NCBI GenBank assembly: GCA_964472345.1
Contig: CAYYLB010000004.1
Span: 1-39,382 of the forward strand
Length of the DNA stretch: 39,382 nucleotides
Direction of reading: 5' to 3'
Source: an uncultured Methanosarcinales archaeon
GTDB lineage: Archaea > Nanobdellota > Nanobdellia > Woesearchaeales > JAGLXL01
The notes beneath the pieces were generated by a model that worked only from the letters and a program-made list of their open reading frames with translations, was not told the origin of the DNA and searched no databases. Positions 18,493 through 28,600 of the stretch are shown in pieces. Made by a program: the position numbers and the translations under genes. Position 1 is the stretch's first letter. Each line of letters opens with the position of its first letter.

Positions 18493-19101
18493 ATGCTCCT
18501 CACGACCAACGAAAGGCGCGTCCTGCGGCTGCTCGCGACAAGCAGGGGGAAAGACTATTCTATCAACGCGCTCGCAAAAGCCTGCACCATCACGCCCAAC
18601 GGCACGTATAAGATCCTGACCAAGCTCGGAAAAGAAGGCGTGCTCAAAGCCAAGCCCATCGCAAACATCAGGTCCTACAGGCTCAATTTTGATAATGAAA
18701 AGACCGCTCGCGTGCTCGGGCTTGCCTTCGTATCTGAAACCAGTGAAGGCCGCATCAGAGCCCGCGAGCAAGACCTGCAGCCGCTCAAAAAGGTGACAGG
18801 CGCGTGCATTCTCTTCGGCTCGTACTGCACCACAAAGCGGATGCCCGCCGACCTCGATGTTCTTTTTGTTCTCGAGAAAAAAAGGTTTGAAGCCTACACG
18901 CCGGCGCTCGCAAAAGCGCAGGAAACGACACCCGTAAAGATCCATGATATCATTCAGACGGGCGCAGACATGGTTAAGAACCTCATCAGAAATGATCCCA
19001 TCATCACCGAAGCAGTGCGGAATGGTATCGTCCTCTGGGGTACTCAGGTGCTCGTGGAGGTGATCGAGCGTGCTTCGCGACAAGCTGAAGAAATGCTTTG
19101 A
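18493..19101 (+). CDS. HTH-fused MNT antitoxin
   Basis: wHTH (YSINALAKACTITPNGTYKIL), LFGSY...DLDVL; SD-like AAGGTG before ATG 18493. Confidence 0.88.
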   Translation: MLLTTNERRVLRLLATSRGKDYSINALAKACTITPNGTYKILTKLGKEGVLKAKPIANIRSYRLNFDNEKTARVLGLAFVSETSEGRIRAREQDLQPLKKVTGACILFGSYCTTKRMPADLDVLFVLEKKRFEAYTPALAKAQETTPVKIHDIIQTGADMVKNLIRNDPIITEAVRNGIVLWGTQVLVEVIERASRQAEEML

Positions 19102-19719
19102 GGAGGGGAGACGAAGCGGCGAGCGCCACCAGGGCATCAGAAAAATCCCGGCGAGCGACGAGCGTGTCCAGGAGCACATCACCAAAGCGCTGCATAACTT
19201 CCAGGCCATGGGCAGCTTCCATGACAGCAACTACAGCGACTGGTCGGCAAGCGCAGCCTTCTACACGCTCTATCACGGCCTGCTCGCGCTCCTCGCCCAG
19301 CACGGCTTCGAATCCCGAAATCAGTCTTGCACGTTTGCACTCGTCGAAGAAATGATCAACAACGGGAAGGTGAAGCAGCTGACAAACGCAGACCTGAAAG
19401 AAATCTTCGACCGGGATGTGACCGTCGATCTCGCGCACAGCACCAGAATCCTCGTATTTGTTTAGCACCTTCGAAATTCACGCTTATGTCATCGATGGGG
19501 CTGCGTCCCCGTATGGGGCGTCCCCCCGCGACGCCCTTNNNNNNNNNNAAGGAATTTCGACCTTAGGGTGCTAAACAAATACGAATCCTCGACATCCGGG
19601 AGCGCATGCAATACTCTACCAAGACGACGCTCGCAGAGGAAGAGTTTCAGCTCCTGAAGAAACGCACGAAAGAGCTGCTGGACAAGACGCGGCTGGAGCT
19701 GGAACGTTCGCTCGAATAG
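19070..19719 (+). pseudogene. HEPN toxin gene interrupted by an insertion element
   Basis: Removing 19454-19590 restores the frame ...HSTRILDIRERMQYSTKTTLAEEEF...SLE* (R-x4-Y motif RERMQY). As assembled, the ORF stops at 19465 inside the element. Confidence 0.9.
19454..19582. mobile_element. IS/MITE with 16-bp TIRs and 8-bp target-site duplication (IS1595-like geometry); contains an assembly gap
   Basis: GTATTTGTTTAGCACC / GGTGCTAAACAAATAC; GAATCCTC at both 19446-19453 and 19583-19590; N run at 19539-19548. Confidence 0.9.
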
Positions 19720-19737
19720 GCACCCCGCGTGTGCCGA

Positions 19738-19764
19738 GGCATGACTGCGCCGGAAGAGATGTGA
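19738..19764 (+). repeat. Degenerate copy of the argS 3' end
   Basis: GGCATGACTGCGCCGGAAGAGATGTGA versus argS 18414-18440 GGCATCAGGGCGCCGGAGGAGATGTGA (23/27 identical, both read G-x-x-APEEM-stop). Confidence 0.8.
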
Positions 19765-19850
19765 TTTCCTTGTTGTGAACCCCCAGGAGGGATCCAACAG
19801 CCGCCACAGCCTCCGCAACACATAAAAGCAGCGACGCTTACCCCTGCCCC

Positions 19851-20630
19851 ATGCACCTCATCAAGCTTCCCTACGCCTTCTTCCCGCAGAGCAAAGGCTG
19901 CGAGCAGGCTCCCGACCGGATCGCCGCGGCGCTCCCCCCGGTGAGCGAGTCAGGCAGCACGCCCGCGGCGCAGGCTGACGGCATCTCCGGCGAAGGCGAC
20001 GCAGCGACCATGGACCAGCGCATCTTCCACAAGGCGAAAGGCGCGTTCCAGAACAATGCCCTGACGCTCTTTCTCGGCGGCGACCATGGGATCACCTATG
20101 GAACCGTGAAAGCCTTCGCCCAGCAGTTTCCGAACGCAGGAATCATCATCTTTGATGCGCATCCCGACTGCTCAGCAGCATACCGGACAAGCCACGATGA
20201 CCTGCTCATCGCCCTGGTGAAGGAGCGCATCATCAGGCCGGAAAACATCCTGCTCGTGGGCGTGCGCTCATTCACAAGAGAAGAGCTGCTCTTCCTCCGC
20301 GAGCACCGCATCAAGCAGTATCCGATGAAGGAGATCGCAGCAGAAGGCATCGCCGAGATCTGCGACGCGGTGATGGGTGCTGCGAAGGATTTTGGTGCAC
20401 TCTACATTTCCATTGATATGGATGCCGTTGATCCTGCGTTCGCTCCCGGCGTCGCTGTCCCGGAAGCTGGCGGACTGACAGGCCGCGAGCTGCTCTATTT
20501 CGTGCAGCGCCTCCGGCTGCTGAAGAACCTCCGCGCGGCGGATGTGTGCGAGGTGAACCCCGTGAAAGACCGGGATGAGACGACGGTGAAGCTGGCTGCG
20601 AAGCTCGCCGCGGAATTTGGTGCATCATAA
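19851..20630 (+). CDS. Arginase/agmatinase (ureohydrolase) family protein
   Basis: GGDH, DAHPD, SIDMDAVDPAFAPG and EVNP motifs. Confidence 0.93.
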   Translation: MHLIKLPYAFFPQSKGCEQAPDRIAAALPPVSESGSTPAAQADGISGEGDAATMDQRIFHKAKGAFQNNALTLFLGGDHGITYGTVKAFAQQFPNAGIIIFDAHPDCSAAYRTSHDDLLIALVKERIIRPENILLVGVRSFTREELLFLREHRIKQYPMKEIAAEGIAEICDAVMGAAKDFGALYISIDMDAVDPAFAPGVAVPEAGGLTGRELLYFVQRLRLLKNLRAADVCEVNPVKDRDETTVKLAAKLAAEFGAS

Positions 20631-20711
20631 GTCCTATCCGAAATGGGGATGTTTTGAGCCCCGTTTGCCAGAAAAGCGCCTTCTGTTCATTGCCAGTAGA
20701 TTGCCGAAAGG

Positions 20712-20734
20712 TTTAAATATACCAGGGTATACCA
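20712..20734 (+). promoter_or_regulatory. TATA box with overlapping palindromic operator of the TA operon
   Basis: TTTAAATA overlaps TATACC-AG-GGTATA (20718-20731). Confidence 0.6.
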
Positions 20735-20753
20735 AAGTAAACGGTGATAAGAA

Positions 20754-20993
20754 ATGGAAACTACGACCATAAAGCTCCATGAAGAAACGAAAACCCAGCT
20801 TGATCAGTTCAGGGAGTACAAGAATGAGAGTTATGATGAGGTCATCAAGAAAGTGGTATTTATAGCCAAAACTTGCAAAACAGAACCGGAACTCAGCCAG
20901 GAAACAATCCAAGCTATTGAAAAAGCACGAGAAAGAATAAAAAGAGGAAAGTTTCTTACTGAAGCAGAAGCACGAAAGAGGCTAGGATTGTAA
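20754..20993 (+). CDS. Antitoxin (RHH-like) of a RelE-type TA pair
   Basis: TTIKLHEETKTQL...ESYDEVI...LTEAEARKRLGL; TAATG overlap with the toxin. Confidence 0.85.
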   Translation: METTTIKLHEETKTQLDQFREYKNESYDEVIKKVVFIAKTCKTEPELSQETIQAIEKARERIKRGKFLTEAEARKRLGL

Positions 20994-21250
20994 TGTATGA
21001 AGTAATTTTCGATGATGGAGCCATTGAATTCCTGAACAAGCTTCCAAAAGAAGTAAAAGAACGAATCTTCGATAAAGTAATTTCTACGAAAAATAACCCC
21101 CACCATTTCTTTGAAAGATTAACTGGAAGAAAGGACTACAAATTGAAAATTGGTGATTATAGGGTTATTGCCAGTATCAATGAAGGTGAGAGAAGGATAG
21201 AAGTCGTTTTTGTAGGCCATAGGAAAAATGTTTACAAGACATTGAAATAA
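20993..21250 (+). CDS. RelE/ParE family toxin
   Basis: FLNKLPKEVKERI...YKLKIGDYRVI...VGHRKNVY. Confidence 0.92.
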   Translation: MYEVIFDDGAIEFLNKLPKEVKERIFDKVISTKNNPHHFFERLTGRKDYKLKIGDYRVIASINEGERRIEVVFVGHRKNVYKTLK

Positions 21251-21418
21251 CACAAACCACATTTGAAGGAGCACCGCAACACTAGTTGATTGGTTTGAGG
21301 AGCGCACCGCAGGAGGCATTACTGGTGGGTGGCCTTTGGATGGGATCCGGCATTCTTGACGCACCCAGCCTTGCCTTATTTTGCAGAATAAAGCGAGAGA
21401 GACGGTTGAGTGGAGAGG

Positions 21419-23311
21419 CTATTTCACCCGTATCGACTCCAGAACCTTCGGCGCATTGGTCTCGACGCGGAACATCTTGTGGTAGCTGCTCGCCAGGTCA
21501 AGGCAGCGCATGTTCTCCCCGTGCACGATGATCACCTTCTTCGGCTTGGGCTGCACCCGCGCCATGAAGTTCATGAGCTCGCGCCGGTCGCAGTGGTTCG
21601 TGATCTCCATCCGCTCGACGTCCATGGCGATCCTGTACGTCGTCGGCTTGCCGTTCTCCATGAAGCTGAGTTCCCGCTCGCCGTTCTGGATCCTCCTGCC
21701 CAGCGTCTGCTCCCCCTGATAGGATGAGAATACCAGCGTGTTGTTCTTGTTCTCGCACAGCCCTTTCAGATACTCCACGCTCGGCCCTCCCGCGAGCATC
21801 CCCGAGGTCGCGCAGATGATGCACGGCCCTTCCTCCTCGATCACCTGCTTGCGCTCCTTGGCCGATCCCACGCGCCGCATGATGTCGCTCAGGAACGGGT
21901 TCTGGTCCTTATGGAAGATCAGCTTCCGGATGTTGGTGTTCAGGTACTCCGGATACGCGGAGTAGATGGCAGTCACGTCCCACAGCATGCCGTCAACATA
22001 CACCGGGATTTTGGGCAGCTTGCCCTCGCGCGCCAGGCGGTCGATGATCACCACGACTTCCTGCGCCCTGCCCGAGCCGAGCACCGGCATCAGGACCTTG
22101 CCGCCGCGCTCGTACGCCCGCTTGATGACCTCGGCAAAGTGCAAATCGCTCTCATACGGCGACGGCATGACGTTCTCGCGCCCCCCGTAGGTGCTCTCGA
22201 TGATGAGCGTTTCCATGCGCGGGAAGCGCGTCGCCGCAGGATCGAGCAGGTTGGTGCGCGCAAACTTGATGTCGCCTGTGTAGAGGATGTTATGCAGCCC
22301 GTTCCCGATGTTCAGGTGCGCCATGCTCGCGCCGAGGATGTGCCCGGAATTGTAGAATGTCAGCCGCACGTCCGGCGTGATATCCGTGACCTCTTCCCAG
22401 TCAAGGCAGATGGTATGCAGCACCATCCGCTTGATCTCCTCGCTGGTGTAGATGGGCTCTTTCCCTTCCGTGCGCTGGATCTTCACGAGGTCAAGCTGCA
22501 GCAGCGCCATGATGTCCCGTGTCGGCGCCGTGCAGTACACCGGCCCCTCATACCCGACCTTGAACAGGTACGGCACCACCCCGCTGTGGTCGAGGTGCGC
22601 GTGGCTGATGATCACCGCATCGAGCTGCTTCAGGTCGAATTCAGGAGCATCGAGCACGGGGTACTGGCTCTGGTCGACGCCCGTAACGTCGATGCCCATA
22701 TCCAGCAGGATGCGCGATTCCGGCGTCTGCAGGAAGATGCAGCTTCTCCCGACCTGCCGCGCCCCCCCGAGAAATGACAGGCGGATCCATTCCTGCTTCT
22801 TGCCCCTGATCCAGCCGTCGTAGATGCGGTGGCCGGTCTTGTCAAGGAACTTGCGGCGGTAGTCCGAGTTCTCATAGAGCACCGAGCGGATGCTGTCGAT
22901 GATCTTGCTCTTGATGGGGGGCATGCGCTTGATGATCGGCACCCAGAAGGTCTGCTGACGGATCTCGCGCAGCAGGCTGCCCTGCTTGCCGATGGCCAGG
23001 CCGGGCTTGTCCGTGTGGATGATGACGCGCGAGCGCTGCGGGTCAAAGATGATTTCGTCAACGCCCGCTTCGGCAGGGATGATCTCCCTTATTTTCTTCT
23101 CCGCCTCCTCCTGCGGAACGGTGATCTCAGGATCCGGGCGCAGCTCAATCCGCTTCTTCAGCTCGTCGACCGCCTGCTTGACCGCGCCCCCATTGTCAAG
23201 AAAAAACGCGCGGTCCTTGGTGTACAGGACGATGTTCGCGCCTTCAAACCCCGCCGAGCTTACCTTCTCCGCAGGAAGGTACTTTAAGGCTTCCTTTAAG
23301 ATGTCTGCCAT
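21419..23311 (-). CDS. fttA: aCPSF1/FttA KH-domain beta-CASP ribonuclease (transcription termination factor)
   Basis: N-terminal KH domains (KPGLAIGKQG), GGARQVGRS, SHAHLDH, SGHILG, ESTYG, VHGE. Confidence 0.96.
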   Translation of the reverse strand: MADILKEALKYLPAEKVSSAGFEGANIVLYTKDRAFFLDNGGAVKQAVDELKKRIELRPDPEITVPQEEAEKKIREIIPAEAGVDEIIFDPQRSRVIIHTDKPGLAIGKQGSLLREIRQQTFWVPIIKRMPPIKSKIIDSIRSVLYENSDYRRKFLDKTGHRIYDGWIRGKKQEWIRLSFLGGARQVGRSCIFLQTPESRILLDMGIDVTGVDQSQYPVLDAPEFDLKQLDAVIISHAHLDHSGVVPYLFKVGYEGPVYCTAPTRDIMALLQLDLVKIQRTEGKEPIYTSEEIKRMVLHTICLDWEEVTDITPDVRLTFYNSGHILGASMAHLNIGNGLHNILYTGDIKFARTNLLDPAATRFPRMETLIIESTYGGRENVMPSPYESDLHFAEVIKRAYERGGKVLMPVLGSGRAQEVVVIIDRLAREGKLPKIPVYVDGMLWDVTAIYSAYPEYLNTNIRKLIFHKDQNPFLSDIMRRVGSAKERKQVIEEEGPCIICATSGMLAGGPSVEYLKGLCENKNNTLVFSSYQGEQTLGRRIQNGERELSFMENGKPTTYRIAMDVERMEITNHCDRRELMNFMARVQPKPKKVIIVHGENMRCLDLASSYHKMFRVETNAPKVLESIRVK

Positions 23312-23335
23312 AGGATGCTGCAATGCAAAGAACAG

Positions 23336-23974
23336 TTATCTCTCCTTCACTTCAATCTTCGCCTCGATCGCCTGCGCGAACACGTGCTCGACGCCTTGCG
23401 GGGTCACTTTCACCGCATCAATGCCGTTGCCGCTCGCGCTGTCCCGCTGCAGGGCCGCATTGATCGCCCGGATCGCCAGGCGGACTCCCTCATCCGTGCC
23501 CATGTCCCTGCGCCACTGCACTTCGAGGACGCCGTACGCAATAACGCTGCCCGAGCCGCTTGAGGTATAATCATCGATGTCCGTGACGCTGCCATCGGGG
23601 AACAGGTCATAGAGGTGCACGCCGCGGTCATCCGCGCCGCCTAACAGGAAATGCGTGATGCTCGGCACGAACGAAAAGCGCCGCAGGTTGCCGTACAGGA
23701 TGCCCGCAAGCATGTTCGCGACTTCCTTCATCCGCGGCACGCGCTCCATGCGGATCGCCTTGAGGCGCATCTCCGCGCCGATCAGCTTCACGATGAGCTG
23801 CGCTTCCGCAACCGCTCCGGCGATGGTCACCGCCACCTTGTCGTTCAGCTGGTAGATCTTCTGGGCTTTCTTGTCAACGATGAGCGTCCCTGCCGTGGCG
23901 CGCCGGTCTGCCGCCAGCACGACGCCGTCCCTGCACACCAGCCCAACCGTCGTTGTTCCTTTTTTGATGTTCAT
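23336..23974 (-). CDS. psmB: Proteasome beta subunit
   Basis: KG|TTTVG propeptide junction, AADRRAT, SGSGS, RDSASGNG; TATA at about 24026-24033; sits upstream of aCPSF1 as in many archaea. Confidence 0.96.
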   Translation of the reverse strand: MNIKKGTTTVGLVCRDGVVLAADRRATAGTLIVDKKAQKIYQLNDKVAVTIAGAVAEAQLIVKLIGAEMRLKAIRMERVPRMKEVANMLAGILYGNLRRFSFVPSITHFLLGGADDRGVHLYDLFPDGSVTDIDDYTSSGSGSVIAYGVLEVQWRRDMGTDEGVRLAIRAINAALQRDSASGNGIDAVKVTPQGVEHVFAQAIEAKIEVKER

Positions 23975-24203
23975 CGAAATCAGCTGCGAGAACTCCTGTC
24001 GCTGAAAGCCGATGGAACCCTGATATTTATATAGTTTTCGGTGAGGGCGCCCCTTTGGCCGGTTTTCCTGCTCATCGCCCATGCGCCAGCCGCCATCTGA
24101 CAGAAAGAAGACGTCAGGAACCACTGTGGCGGTTTCAACCACTACGGGATGCCGAGAGGCGAGTTTTCTCCTGAGCGAGTTATGTTTATAAAACAACCAA
24201 ACA

Positions 24204-25601
24204 ATGATGGACGTTTTGCACAGGGAGAGGATGCAGTTCCACTTGTTGGTAAATTATATAAGGTACCATCTCTTAAACAATTGGATGGTCCTTCGACAGC
24301 TTCTCAGCGGTGCCGCACTTGCAGCATTGGTATCGGTGACGGCTGGAGAAAAAGCACACGCCCAAGAAGCACCACCAGCAGCTGCTGTCGAAGATTTTCC
24401 GGAAGTCCCTGATGTATATGGGACACCTGTTGCAGTATTCAGCGACGCCGATATCAGGAATACGAACCTTACACTGCTCGTTGAAAAAGAATTACGCAAC
24501 CTGCAGATCATCCCTTATCGTGAATCAAAAAGCTTTCCCCCATCAGAAGGGGCTGTTTTTGTTTATGAAGGGGCTGACCGCGCTGATGGCCACTACCCTG
24601 CTGATGAGGAGGACCTTTTTTATATCACCATTGCACGGCACCTCCGCGGGCGTACCGACCTCCCATTCTTCCTGCTGCAGATGGCGCACGCATCTGCCGA
24701 ACAATACCCCCATCGAGGCATTTACCTCATTCGCAACCGAAACGTGCTCGACTCGTACTCAAACAATCCATATGGTTATTCTGGCCGGGATCGTCAGGCC
24801 CACTATGTCGTACCGAAGGAGGACATTGATAATCTTGATGCGTGGACCAAGGATCCGGAAAATCTCCGGTTTTTCGGCTCGGGCGGTCTTCGCTACCTTC
24901 AAGCCAGGGAGATAAAGGTTTCGATCGCAACGGACAACGACCTGTTGCGTACGGCCCAGACCTGCATCAACGAAGGCAAGTACGATGCGGCACGGCTGCT
25001 TCTGGGCAAGGACTACTCTACAGTTGATGATGTCGCACTCTGCGGACTACTCCGGGGCATCCTCGATATCCATCTTGCACTCGACCGCTGGCGGAACCGG
25101 GGGGAGGAGATCGACCTCGACCAGGTGCTTACTGCCGCCAAAGTGCATTTTGACATCGCAACAATCGTTAGTGAAGTATATAAGAAGGAACTGCATGAGC
25201 TGTTGCTTCGGGAAGGGATCCTCGTCTACAACGGAGAGCTCCTGATAGGTCAGACACTTCTACCCTCACCAGAAGAGGCGGTGCGTACATGGCTGGCTGC
25301 GAAGAGGGACCACAATGCCGAATTTTTCAACCGTGCCCGACAGTTGTCCGTTGCCTACTGGAGAAGGTATAACGAGGACACTGCTGAGCTTGAGGCGATC
25401 GATTTTTCAACGATAGACTGGGGGCTTGTGGACAAGTTTTTTCCGGAGTATGAGGTTGTTGCTTGGCGGCTGTTTGACCCTGCTGGGCGGTATGTCTTGG
25501 TTTCGCAGTCAAGAATTGGTAACCGAGAGAAATCCTGGCATGAAGGGGGAAATTTTATTGATGAATCTAATGGCACCTTTCATCGTATACTTGAGCCTTA
25601 G
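24204..25601 (+). CDS. Hypothetical secreted/anchored protein with TPR-like helices, lower GC
   Basis: Signal-like LLSGAALAALVSVTAGEKAHA; TPR-like AQTCINEGKYDAARLLL; own TTTATAAA box at about 24185; start uncertain. Confidence 0.7.
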   Translation: MMDVLHRERMQFHLLVNYIRYHLLNNWMVLRQLLSGAALAALVSVTAGEKAHAQEAPPAAAVEDFPEVPDVYGTPVAVFSDADIRNTNLTLLVEKELRNLQIIPYRESKSFPPSEGAVFVYEGADRADGHYPADEEDLFYITIARHLRGRTDLPFFLLQMAHASAEQYPHRGIYLIRNRNVLDSYSNNPYGYSGRDRQAHYVVPKEDIDNLDAWTKDPENLRFFGSGGLRYLQAREIKVSIATDNDLLRTAQTCINEGKYDAARLLLGKDYSTVDDVALCGLLRGILDIHLALDRWRNRGEEIDLDQVLTAAKVHFDIATIVSEVYKKELHELLLREGILVYNGELLIGQTLLPSPEEAVRTWLAAKRDHNAEFFNRARQLSVAYWRRYNEDTAELEAIDFSTIDWGLVDKFFPEYEVVAWRLFDPAGRYVLVSQSRIGNREKSWHEGGNFIDESNGTFHRILEP

Positions 25602-28600
25602 GATGTACCCCACTGCCCATTTCTGCACATGAACGTGCCCTTGATAGAACCGGCATTGCTCCGCCCACACTCATTCCACTGCCCCTCGAAGCAGAGGAGG
25701 CTGCCAAATGTCTCGCTCGCAGAAACACTTCCTGCAAGGAGACGCTTCGCATCAAAACCGCCGCTATAGAACCTCGGTTCTGGTTCCATTTTCTTTGGAT
25801 CTTTGCTGATGATCGTTCCCGACGGATAAAATGTAAAGCCGCATCCGTACTTCGGCGGAGTTGCTTTCATTTCATCTTCGCTTGCAGCAACAAAACAGTG
25901 GTTAGTGCTGAAAGAATTAAACCGGTCGGCCGTACCCCCCTTATTAAATTCTTCGCGAATCCACATATCGCAGGAGCCTTTTTTCTCTGATTCGACTTTT
26001 GTAGTTGGACAGTCAAGTCCCATGATGCCGTCGCAGGTTGCCGTAACTCGTGCCAGGCATGGTTCGTTGCGTGCAGATGGGCAGTCACCAATGATCTCGA
26101 GCGAGGCAAACGGAGCAGATATTGGCTGCGTAGCTCCAGCAGCCTGAGCGCTGGTCTGCTCCCATCTTCCGGATGCAGGATTATAATAGGTACCGGATAG
26201 GTAGGTGATGCTACTGGTTAAACGCCCCCACGCCTCGTCAATCGCTTGGCACTCATCACAGGCCTGCGCGTTCGTCGCTCTGCCAGGCTGTGGCATCACC
26301 ACCCCGTTTCCGCTCACTTGTTCCTCAATCTTGCCAAGGTACGCGATGATCAGCTGCATCTCCCCCGTATTCCACAGCTGGGGATTCGCTTCCTTCGTCC
26401 AAGCGTGGCGCGTCCTGAACGCAGAAGCGAGGTCTTTCACGTCATTGGCAAGCTGAGTCTTTTCACCGCTACCGTCCGCTGCCCCTTTCCACAGCTCAGC
26501 CTTCGCCGCAGCCGACCACCAGTACGACAGGAACTCCTCACGGTCGCCAGCAACAGGAGCCCGCGCCCATACCTTTGTAAAGGAAGCAATCGCCTGCTGC
26601 AGCTTCTGGCTCTTTTGCTGCTGAGTAGTCCCTGTTGCTTTTGCTTCATTGTAGAGCCGCTTTCCCTCGCTGTACGCCTTCTCGCGCTCGCTCTCGATGC
26701 GCTTCTGCTGCACCTTGAGCTGCACACTCTTCTCGACGTCAAACGCCAGCCCCGGCTGCTCACGCACCTCGACGCTGCCGGCGCTGCACTGGCCGTTCTC
26801 ATCAGGGTAGAAAAGCTTCAGGTCAATGTCCCACACCTGCTCGACGGGAGTGAGTGATACCGGAAGCGAGGTCTCGAACCGGCAAGACCCTGGAGCATTT
26901 CCAACAGGCTCGCCGAAGACACCCCTGACTCCATAGCCATTGACGCGATACACAATGCTGGCGAGTTCCTGCTGCGTGAATTTTACTTTACCGGGTGGGC
27001 TGCCCTGCCCTGTCACCTGTTCCGTGAGGACGCCACCTGCACCTCTCGCAAAGCCGGCCGTGAAAACATCAATCGCGGAATCGAGCTTGACCTCGTACGT
27101 GCCATCCGACTTCGTGAAGGTGAACACCGCGCTGCCCGCCCTCTTACTCGCTTCTGGTGCATCTGACGCAGGATCTCTCACCGGCTGTTGGCACGCTGCG
27201 GTCGTCGGCCGTTGTTCAACGAGCCGGATCCCGGCGCTCGTTCCCCTGAAATGCTCATCTCCAATGGCATCCAGCAGCTGCATGTCCACCGGCACTGACA
27301 GCGGCCTGCCGAATCCCGGAATCTCGAGGAAAAGCCTGCCAGAAGGATACGTGCCGGCGTAGGCGGTGTGCAGCGCTCCCGCAAGGCACACTTTATCCTG
27401 CCCTGACGAGAACACGGCCGCCCGAACGCGCACCGGGCTCTGCTCCTCAAGCGTCAGCACCACCCGGTCGCAGCGCCGATACTCATCTGTCCGCGGGTCG
27501 TAGCACTGCACGCCCTCGATCCAGGACTGCCCGAGCGAACCGATGTCAGCGACCGTGCAGCGGAACTTGCCTTCGGTCACGCTCACCTCGCACTGCGCAA
27601 GGTCCTTCCGCGTCGCATCCCTGATGGGGAAGTAGAACACCGCCGCGCTCTTGCCGAAGAGGTTCTCCTTCGGGAAGCACTTGTCTGCTGACCAGCGCGG
27701 ATCCGCGTACAGGGTGACTTTCATGTGGTCGTAGCGGTAGGGATCCTCCGCCGTGGCAGCGCCGTTCTGGTCGACGTACACGCCCTGCGTCACGCGCCCG
27801 CCGGAGAAGAACGGCCGAGTCCGCTCAACGCTTCCCTGCCAGTTGTCGCAGCCATTTCCCCCTTCGAGGTCGTTCACTGCGGCGCAGTCGATGTTGGGAT
27901 ATTCCCGCGCCTCGCGCTGCGTAACCGCCGCAAGGTCAATCCGGTAGCTTTCGAGGTCGCAGCCGGGGAAAATGGTCCACGCGCCGCGGTACTCATAGAC
28001 GCTGTTCGTCGTCTGCGGGTTAAAGCTGAGGAACTCCCTTCTCCCGACCGCGCCCTCGCTGCTGAAGACCATCGCGCTCGTCTTGAACGGCACGCTGTAC
28101 GCCGCATCGATGAAGTTGTTGAAATCGAAGCCCTGCTCGATGCCGAATGCCGCGAGGCAGACGCGCTTCATGAGCGCCTGCGAGCCGCCTTCGAGGTACT
28201 GGTTCAGCTTTGCATTGCCGTACTCGTCCTGAAGCTCGCTTGCCGTCGAATCGATCGTCTCGGTGATCGCCTCGGAGCCGCGCCGCAGCACCGCGCCGAC
28301 ATCGTCAATGCCACCGCCGGCGTCAAGCCCCTTGCTGTACGGCTCCGGCACGCACCTGTCCTGGAAGAATGTCAGCAGCTTGTAGGAGAAGTTGCACACG
28401 AACTGCGAGAAAATCTCCTTGCACACGCCCGCATCCGCCCTGCCCGTCACCTGCACCTGCTTCAGGCAGCTCTGCAGCCCCTGGAGGATGCTGCGCACGA
28501 GAAGCAGCCGCCCGCGGATGCCGCTCAGGCAGATGCTCTGGAAAGCGCCGACATGCTGCGTGAACGGGTTGACCTCAACAGCCTTGGGCGGGGGATTGAA

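Noticed and set aside
21262..21311. Imperfect short tandem TTTGA(A)GGAGC(GC)ACCGCA after the RelE gene
   Set aside because: Only two degenerate copies; too little to call an array or att site.
23975..24196. Long N-terminal extension of the proteasome beta subunit in the ORF track
   Set aside because: It runs through the TATA box at about 24030; ATG 23974 gives a normal short propeptide before TTT.
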